Shown here: in pieces, positions 28,801-34,800 of the stretch
Layout: each line of letters opens with the position of its first letter
How positions within the stretch are numbered: the stretch's first letter is position 1
Assembly: GCA_028289135.1 (NCBI GenBank)
Contig: JAQGGW010000001.1
Span: 76,018 to 140,017 of the forward strand
Source of the DNA: Candidatus Saccharimonadota bacterium
GTDB lineage: Bacteria; Patescibacteriota; Saccharimonadia; Saccharimonadales; JACDBH01
DNA length: 64,000 bases
Direction of reading: 5' to 3'
Notes under the pieces: model-generated
The model's database searches: none
What the model saw: the letters and a program-made list of their open reading frames with translations, nothing else
What the model was told of the DNA's origin: nothing
Made by a program: the position numbers and the translations under genes

Positions 28801-31514
28801 ACTGCTAGATCCGGACTACCATCTTTGTTGAAGTCTCCAGATATAACACCCTGGGGACCGTTAGTTACAGGATAGTCAACTTTCGTACCAAATGTGCCAT
28901 TACCGATACCGAGTAAGACCCCTACCTTGTTAGTTACAAATAACGTGGTTGCTATATCAAGTACACCATCTTTGTTGAAGTCTCCTAATGTAAGTGGCCC
29001 AGGCTGCGATACGGTCGGATAGTCAACTTTCGCGGCAAATGTACCGGTACCGTTATTTAACAAGATAGAGATTGCATTTGCAGAAGAGCTCGTATCTGAT
29101 ACTGCCAAATCTATATCACCGTCCTTGTCAAAGTCACCTGAGACTATATAGTCAGCTAATAAACCGGTTACAGGAGGTGATGCTTGAATAGTAAAGACAC
29201 CACTTCCATTATTAAAGAATATTGCCACTGTATTATTACCGTTATTTACAGTGGCGATATCAATAAATCCGTCTTTGTTAAAGTCACCGGTAGCAATACC
29301 GTCGGGGCTTGTACTTGCACCGGTAGCATAGTCTACTTTGGCTGCAAAAAGACCACTACCTTGGTTTATAAAGATCGAAAAAGTATTAGCGCCATAGTTT
29401 GTTACAGCTATGTCAATTTTACCGTCATTATTAAAGTCGGCGCTGGTAGCTGTAGTTGGATTATTACCAGATGTATAGTCTACTTTAGGTTTAAACAAAC
29501 TTTGCGTACCCGTTGAGCCAACGGTAATTGCAGACGAATCTGTGCCGACTGTAAAGACATTTGCGCCATAAACGTTTTTAGCAGTAAGTTGTACTGAGCT
29601 GCTTCCCTGCGTATAAACAGTTCCATCACTCTTTACCTGCAGCCCTTGATAGAAAATACTAAAGGCTGATGAGGTGTGGGTGCGGCTTGTGTTTACTGTA
29701 ATATGGGTGGTGTCATTAAACGCAGTGATGATGTCAGAAACACCATCGGCATAGACAATTTGGCTGCCAACCATAGCTGCAGTAAATGTGGTACCTACGC
29801 CCACAACTGTTGTGCTGGCTGTTTGGCTAGCAGTACCGGTTGCATACTGTAGTGGACTAACACCAAACGAGTTCAGCGGGACGCTTGTACCAATGCCAAC
29901 GCGGCTGTTGAGTGTGTCGGCAGTAAGAATTGCGGTGCCTGCAAGGTTTTGGACTTGGAGTGCAGAAACTGAGTCGCTCGTGTTCTTAAATACTGTAGTT
30001 GTACCAGTAAATGTTTTGCTGCCAGCAATAATCTGCGCGACTGTACTGACAAGGCCTGGGAAGCTACCATCGGCATACTGCAGAATTAGGTTAGAGCCAG
30101 AAACGCTGGCTCCGTTGGCTGCTGTTGGTACGACAAGTAGAGTACCAACGTTCGTAATACCTGTGCCACCAGCACCAATACAATCTACCCAGGCGCTATT
30201 TTGGTAACAACGGAAAGTACCACTACTTGAGTTATAGTATATCGCCCCATTTACCTGGGTAGTAGTTGGATCTCCGGGGTCTGTTTTGACTGGCAATCCT
30301 AAGAATGTTGCCGATGTACCCGTTGCCACACCAGAGAGTTTAATGCTGCCAGTGCCTGCTTTGAGGTTCAGGGCACCGGCGTTTAAAATGTTACCAATGT
30401 TAATATTTGTCTGACCTGTGCCTGCTGGTGTACCAGTACCGATGTTGATGGCTTGGGTATTGCCCGTCAGTGTATTACCAATACCGATATTAATTGTATT
30501 CGAGGCTGTTGACTGGCCGACAGTTATTGCATTGGCCAGCGTTGTTGATCCGATGGTGATGCCCGATGTATTGTTCACTGTGCCGATGAGGATAGAGCCT
30601 GCAGTGGCGCCCGATGTTCCGACGTCCACTTTGAGATCACCAGAGTTGCCCGTTGCGTTGCCCGTCTGAACAGTAAGCGCACCACTAAAGCCAGTTGCCG
30701 TACCAGTTGCTACTGTGAGTGTTCCTGAGTTGCTGGTGGCACCAGTAGCATCGCCAGACTGGACGAGATTATTTGCCGAACTGGTACTCGCGGTAGAAGT
30801 ATTACCTGAGTTTACGTTAATAGCTGTTAAGGCGGTAATTGCGAGTGGAACAGCAGTTGTCTGGATACGCGGTGTCATTTCGGTATCCCAGGTTGGAGTA
30901 GCTGTTTGGTTGTTGCCGCCAACACGCATGGAAAGGTAGAGTTGTTGAGTCCAGTCCATAGTGCTCGGGAATGCGACACCGCCGTTGCCCGTGTCACCAA
31001 GCACCACGCTATAGTAGCCATTGGTAACACGGACACGGTAGTCGTCACCGGAACCAATTGGAGCCGCACCATCATGGTCGTAGTGGACTTCTGTCCAGAG
31101 ACAGGCTGTATCTGCAGTAGTACCTGGCAGCATAGTACACGCGCCAGGGTTGGGAGTATTTCCTGAGGTAGTCGCATTATAGAGCTTAAATTCCATGTTG
31201 TAGTAGCCGTCTGCCACTAACGCGCCGGTGTTGCTGAGGAGGCGGCCTTGGAAGTTAAGGGTTTTATTTGGACTGAGGGCGGAGGCGGTTGGGTGTGAAG
31301 CGTTAAAAGTACCAAAAAGCACACCAAGGGGGACGAACAAAACGGCTATTACGAGAATAGCCTTTCTGTACCTTGGTGTGCTTTTACGTACTTTTAGTTG
31401 GTTAACAGGGGTCGCGCTCAGTTCTTTAAAAACGCCAATAAGACGGTCTAATGACCGCCTTATTGGCGTTTTTAACGGTAGTGAACTGAGGGCGTCCCTT
31501 CCCTGGGTGTTCAT
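22869..31514 (-). CDS. giant secreted surface protein P1 (2881 aa), mosaic of repeat cassettes
   Basis: Long n-region, hydrophobic segment and an ASA/LS cleavage-like site. Next come the conserved N-module (KTLNFQGRLLSNTG...PRIQTTAVPLA) and a G/T/S-rich beta-helix-like stretch. Then 7+7 FG-GAP/VCBS-type blades (GDFNKDGxLDxAV), about 5 CBM4/9-like modules (NxxFEx..GW), LVIVD-like repeats (YAYVVGSTGMQIFDITNPVTPV) and a Cys-containing C-terminal tip. Confidence 0.85.
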   Translation of the reverse strand: MNTQGRDALSSLPLKTPIRRSLDRLIGVFKELSATPVNQLKVRKSTPRYRKAILVIAVLFVPLGVLFGTFNASHPTASALSPNKTLNFQGRLLSNTGALVADGYYNMEFKLYNATTSGNTPNPGACTMLPGTTADTACLWTEVHYDHDGAAPIGSGDDYRVRVTNGYYSVVLGDTGNGGVAFPSTMDWTQQLYLSMRVGGNNQTATPTWDTEMTPRIQTTAVPLAITALTAINVNSGNTSTASTSSANNLVQSGDATGATSNSGTLTVATGTATGFSGALTVQTGNATGNSGDLKVDVGTSGATAGSILIGTVNNTSGITIGSTTLANAITVGQSTASNTINIGIGNTLTGNTQAINIGTGTPAGTGQTNINIGNILNAGALNLKAGTGSIKLSGVATGTSATFLGLPVKTDPGDPTTTQVNGAIYYNSSSGTFRCYQNSAWVDCIGAGGTGITNVGTLLVVPTAANGASVSGSNLILQYADGSFPGLVSTVAQIIAGSKTFTGTTTVFKNTSDSVSALQVQNLAGTAILTADTLNSRVGIGTSVPLNSFGVSPLQYATGTASQTASTTVVGVGTTFTAAMVGSQIVYADGVSDIITAFNDTTHITVNTSRTHTSSAFSIFYQGLQVKSDGTVYTQGSSSVQLTAKNVYGANVFTVGTDSSAITVGSTGTQSLFKPKVDYTSGNNPTTATSADFNNDGKIDIAVTNYGANTFSIFINQGSGLFAAKVDYATGASTSPDGIATGDFNKDGFIDIATVNNGNNTVAIFFNNGSGVFTIQASPPVTGLLADYIVSGDFDKDGDIDLAVSDTSSSANAISILLNNGTGTFAAKVDYPTVSQPGPLTLGDFNKDGVLDIATTLFVTNKVGVLLGIGNGTFGTKVDYPVTNGPQGVISGDFNKDGSPDLAVVNQGSNTVSVLLGLGNGAFGTKVDYATASTPVKIVTGDINKDGNLDLMVTSAGGGNIVSVLLGNSNGTFSAKIDYTAALGLGGISAADYNNDGNLDLSSTGSSGPSLTVMINAELGVTQTTNPSLSIYNNSVNDALSIYGQSTSQLLRVDGQGNTTIGGSSANLFDPKVDYSAGSTPQAITTGDFNKDGILDIASTESITFNTNVSLGLGNGTFGPKVAYYTANFPVGITSGDFNKDGNLDLAVANSDNVVSIFMGIGNGTFGARTDFNSVGSSPQGITTGDFNGDGKLDLAITNFSSATISIILNSGLGTTQFGTSPPTFTTLVSYTVGTNPTAISTGDFNGDGKLDLAIANAGSLFISVLINSGLGTGQFGASPPAATTLANYTTSSIQYGIVTGDFNKDGKLDIAATNNNSITMSIFINSAVGTGQFGSGANPITATTRVDYSTGTSPRGIIAGDFNKDGTLDIAVTNTSSNTVSIFTNSGLGSGQFGASPPVATSKTDYTTGSQPLAIITGDFNNDNDLDLAVINTNSATFSVLSGTTVANNRLRVMNTSGTGSLFDLSNSGLALKNIINSSAAFQIQNSIGSAVLNVDTTTLNTLTSNTSFEGALTGWTANGTNASVQETSAQAYAATNSLLFTTGTAANNSARYNIGAVLATSTTYTFSFYARLASGSMSLPNPLTIAYARDGTTATQTDCAVYNATTIITSGGWTRVSCTINTDGTAPASTAYLAIKQLDTTSRSLYIDSLQLEAGTAITQAQIGNTGFETAGVAAPWTKTGSGAPVNMTLDTTTGYNGANSLKMTVLTPGGRDGTSYITANTNPTQLNIDSSYTLSFWAKASAAFSTFTAGYERDGVTVSDCKTSLGTVTTNWSRFSCTITTDNTAPAAGAFIYIVQTDLVTRNWWIDDVQLTNNANIVNPVAYQDSSISFNGIINTSTLIRNKSDSTNALQVQNAAGTSLLTADTLNGVVSVGGAPTLTQLSSVTTAATPWGLVVVGDYAYTINNGTSFQITNMSTSSVASTTAVPLASSLNGIYISGNYAYLVDETVAKIFIYDISNPFAPVLKNGSAETTYQTNASVWVQGNYAYVVGSTGMQIFDITNPVTPVSLSTTAMSASYSIVLKGKYVYVAGGGASNASTLKIVDISNPFSPVIVSTSTQVNMLSLYVQGKYVYATDGGIVRILDVSNPTATPVQVGTLYITNNDYLSRAHWGMPYSIFVKGRYAYVAGADNKIYTIDISTPSLPVLTATTTNGSSTDNIYIQGSYLYTTDYTGAAIYQYAMNSAGSVIVNNTVQAYSGSFTSDLSIGGALNISSSTTDAFRVGSSSTSTVLSVDTSVGNLNNVITNASIETDTTGWAAKGTTPTTFAREPNKGYSGSSSLKVTTQATIDQGAIYNVSLPSGRWTASLYIMLDSTSKSMSTLAVGYAKDGVTDGNCNINTSTLRAGQWVRVTCSFFTLAPSGTPYFYVKQTDANIHTFYIDGVTLQTDANSDANYREGKISLGGTITSPVTLQNSFNSANALTVQNAAGTNIFNIDTTDSNIITNPGFEVNLLGWGPELGGALPTRETSQAWLGTASLGEVTSATANSGARFITGNVQPTQLAISTTYTLSWYAKLSSGTFTDIKGRYSVDGGTTFIDCTPTGGLTPQVVNLNGWTRYVCSFTTAVTTPSATAYIAIVQTAATAHTFWIDGVQLEAAATASEYAAGSLFINATITSPTVFKNTSNSTEEFKIQNAAATNLLTVDSLNGNVVVGVQDANTTPLVLDWDTDATFLNGSTGATAGTEVDGGMFYSSTDHRAMCGIAGSWLPCNGLLYSNTAASGSVSTCLATCASIGTAPVPANFCKPGKTIHIFASGVYNTTAAVTVGMGVYYGTDGTTRTNDGASPIGIASVPVSSGAAAVNLGWHLDYYIICYSTTTMMGQGYFSNATTTTTSTSVSMYTTTATTVVSTSAKNLYLFPAFGASAAGNNITMEQYIVTGN
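27190..29500 (-). repeat. coding repeat array: two sets of seven FG-GAP/VCBS-type blades in P1
   Basis: I counted 14 copies of the xDFNxDGxxDxxx calcium-loop motif, split 7+7 by the linker ...VMINAELG...RVDGQGNTTIGG...ANLFDPKVDY. Confidence 0.75.
31428..31473 (-). promoter_or_regulatory. terminator-like hairpin plus U tract inside the P1 coding region (+42..+87)
   Basis: mRNA sense: AAAAACGCCAAUAAGGCGGUC-AUUA-GACCGUCUUAUUGGCGUUUUU then AAAG. That is 21 contiguous pairs including one G.U. Confidence 0.55.
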
Positions 31515-31536
31515 TTTTTTCCTTTAGATTTTTGTT

Positions 31537-31559
31537 TTTGTTTCTTTGAGGGAAACAAA
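31537..31559 (-). promoter_or_regulatory. conserved 5'-UTR hairpin upstream of the P1 SD
   Basis: mRNA sense: UUUGUUUC-CCUCAAA-GAAACAAA, ending 22 nt before the ATG and followed by the AAAGG SD. Same position and shape as in P2 and P3. Confidence 0.55.
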
Positions 31560-31620
31560 CTTTACCTTAATCCAGAACTTTTTTATTTTTGATTATTTTT
31601 GTTTAGGATTAACTCCTACT

Positions 31621-31648
31621 ATTGTATATAGTCGCCTACTCTGTTCAA
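31621..31648 (-). promoter_or_regulatory. candidate promoter of P1
   Basis: TTGAAC (31648-31643), 16 nt, TACAAT (31626-31621). The conserved GTTAATCCTAAACAAA follows just downstream, as in P2. Confidence 0.4.
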
Positions 31649-31712
31649 CCCCAATAAATACTTTTTTTGTATACATTCTAAAACCCTAAAATACCACGTG
31701 TTGTAAAATAAA

Positions 31713-31848
31713 TAGTAGCATTTGTAACAACGTTAATTCACCCTAACACCGCTTAAGCTTTTTTCTTATCTGTAAACGATATATTTGAAACTCAGTATAT
31801 CGTAGCAATAAATACATCGTTAACTTTTTTGTCTAAAACTTATCCACA
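31713..31848 (-). promoter_or_regulatory. upstream module of P1: two direct ~22-nt motifs 87 nt apart plus TTATCCACA
   Basis: Plus strand: TAGTAGCATTTGTAACAACGTT (31713-31734), ATCGTAGCAATAAATACATCGTT (31799-31821) and TTATCCACA (31840-31848). The same triad occurs upstream of P2 and P3. Confidence 0.5.
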
Positions 31849-31879
31849 GGCTATATGTAAAAGCTCATCATGATCTGCT

Positions 31880-34800
31880 TTATCCGCCTATAGTCGTACC
31901 GCTGTATATAGAAGTTCCACCACCGATATTTATCTGTGTTGGTAGCGCTACGCCAGTCGTAAACGTATTGATACCACTTGCGGGACTCCAAAGATTAGTA
32001 CCACCCGGGTCAATAGCATAAGCGCGCCACCAGTACTGCGTAGAGGCGGTTAATGCAGTTGGCTGGTAGGTATGTACGCCCAGTTGGGTAACAGCTAGGC
32101 CGCTCGTATAGGCCGTACTGCTGCTCAGGCTTTGGGCCAACCAGCCAGTTTGAGATAAAGTTTGATCTATTGTCCTAAGAACAGACGAACAATTGCTCGT
32201 AGTACAGACTTCAATTTTGTATTGCAGGTAATCACTAGAATCGTCGGCACTTCCCATTCTAAATTCTGGCAGGACGCTTGTACCAATGGCGCCACTTGCT
32301 GGCAGAACGAGCGTTGGCGCGCTTGGTATTGAGTTATATGTAAGGGATATATCTGTTATATTTGACTGTCCGCCGCAAGCGGAGTCGTCTAAAGTTGCAA
32401 CAAACTGGATGTAACGCTGAGTTGCAACAGTAATAGTCTGGGAAATCCCTGGATAAACATTATATATAGTGGTGGCTGATCCATAAACAAAACTACTCCC
32501 TGCCGTCTTGTAAGCGACGGTATAGCTACATTTTGCTACGCCATTGATGACAAATGAGTTGAGAGTATTGCCGCTGGCGCCAGTGTCTATGGTTCGTTCG
32601 TAACGGGCAGAATCTGTCATGGATTTGGACGCTAAACGCTGAACGTCGTTTTGATAGGCACTGGCTGTAGCCAAGCCGCCAACAACATACAGATAGCCGT
32701 TATAGACTACAGAAGCGTGACCCGTTCGGGCAGTAGTGAATGCGGATGTTTGCTGGACGCAGGAGCCAACGCTACCGCTAACGTCTATTGGGCAATATTG
32801 AATGTCATTTTGATAAGCACTACCTGATGCAATGCCGCCAATAATATGCAAGTAGCCGTTGTATACAACGGCAGTAAAATCATATCGTGCGGTATTAAAG
32901 GCTGAAAGCTGTTGGACGCACGTACCTATACTGCCATTTGTGTTTATTGGGCAATACTGGATGTCGCTTTGATAGACGCTGCCTGTAGCAAGGCCGCCAA
33001 TAATGTACAGGTAGCCGTTATAAGCCACAGAGGACTGGGAGGAGCGGGCGGTAGTAAAAGCCGAAGTTTGCTGCGTAAAGACCGTTCCGCTGCAGGTGGC
33101 ATGGTTGGACGGCAAACAGGCGGCGCCGGTTGAAGAGTCAAGCCAGGTGTATTGGATATCATTTTGATTTGTCCCGCTAGCGCTCCCCCCTATGATATAT
33201 AGAAATCCATTATAGACAACAGAGCTATGGGCTTGGCGGGCACCTGTGAAAGCGCTTGTTTGGCGGGCAAACACGGTGCCGGTGCAGGTTGCATGGTTTG
33301 ACGGCAAGCAAGCCGCTCCTGTCGCGGGATCAAGCCACGCATACATTATATCGTTTTGGTTCGTTAAGTTTGAGTCACCACCCACAATATAAATATAACC
33401 GTTGTATACAACTGAAGTATGAGATTGCCGTGTATTCGTAAAAGCGGATGTTTGTTGGGCAAAGACGGTGCCGGTGCAGGTTGCATGGTTTGACGGCAAG
33501 CAAGCGGCGCCGGTAGCAGGATTAATCCATGTATACTGAATATCACCCTGCTGTGTCGTACCATTCGTACCCCCAGTTATGTACAGGTAACCGTTGTATG
33601 CAACCGATACATGATATGCGCGAGTCGTGGTAAAGGCGGCGGTTTGCTGCGTGGCTGTCCCGGCCCCTGAATTAGACGGCCCAATAAGCATACGCTGAAT
33701 GTCGCTAAAAAACGTCGTACCATCCCATCCACCTATTACATATATATAGCCGTTATAAGCAACTGAAGTATGGCTTTTCCGGGCGGTTGTGAAGGCCGAT
33801 GACAACTGTACGCATGTACCCACCGCATGACTGGTACTGTTTATTGGGCAATACTGTAAGTCGTTAAGGACACTACCACTACCATTATCGCCCCCCATAA
33901 TATACAGATATCCGTTTATGGCTACAGCGCTGTGATTATGACGGCCAGTCGTAAAGGCGTTAGTTTGTTGGACGCAAGCGCCAACAGAGCCGTTAGTGTT
34001 AAGGGGGCAGTATTGGATGTCATTTTGTTGTGTTGGATTTTCACCGCCCGTAATATATAAATAGCCATTATACACCGTAGTTTTTAAAGCCTGGCGCGCG
34101 GTTGTAAATGCATTTGTTTGTTGTGCAAAGACGGTGCCTGTACAGGTTGCGTGGTTAGACGGGAGACAGCCAGCGCCTGTCGCAGGGTCAAGCCAGGTGT
34201 ACTGGATATCATTTTGGTTAACTGTGTTAAAGTCACCGCCTACAATATATAGATAGCCGTTGTATAAAATCGAACCATGACTTTCCCTCGTTCCTGTAAA
34301 GGCGGTTGTTTGCTGGGTGCATGTTCCAACAGCGCCAGTAGTATTATTTAGTACGCAGCGCTGTAAGTCAGACTGCTGCGCAACGCCGTTATTTCCTCCC
34401 ACTATATAAAGGTACCCGTTATAGGCTTCGGATGAATGAAACGCACGGGCGGTTGTAAAAATGCCTGTTTGCTGTACACAGGTTCCGATCGAACCATCCG
34501 CATTAATTGGACAATGACTAATGTCATTTAGATAAGACCCGCACGAACCAGATGAACATCCGCCAATAATATACAAAAAGCCATTGTATACAACCGAAGT
34601 ATGCCCATTACGAGCGGTAGTAAAAGCGGCTGCTTGTTGGGTTGACGAGCCTGCCCGCCCTTTGCCGAGCGGTATGTACTGGATGTCGTTTAGCTGGGTG
34701 GGAGTCTCACCCCCTAAGATGTACAGATAACCATTATAGACGACTGATGTTTGAGACTGTCGGGCCGTCGTAAAGGCTGCGGTCTTTTGGACGCATGTCC

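Noticed and set aside
31228-31527. Plus-strand 99-aa ORF whose product contains LKTPIRRSNDRLIGVF, nearly the same peptide as the P1 N-terminus (LKTPIRRSLDRLIGVF).
   Set aside because: This is an artefact of the 46-nt palindrome at 31428-31473, where both strands encode almost the same peptide. It is not evidence of an antisense gene.
31840-31848. Perfect DnaA-box nonamers (TTATCCACA at 31840 and 45653; near matches at 56074 and 56090), considered as a possible replication origin given parAB at 18-20 kb.
   Set aside because: These are single boxes sitting at equivalent positions of paralogous leaders, so they are copies of one motif. There is no box cluster, no AT-rich unwinding element and no dnaA/dnaN nearby. 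They are reported only as part of the upstream module.
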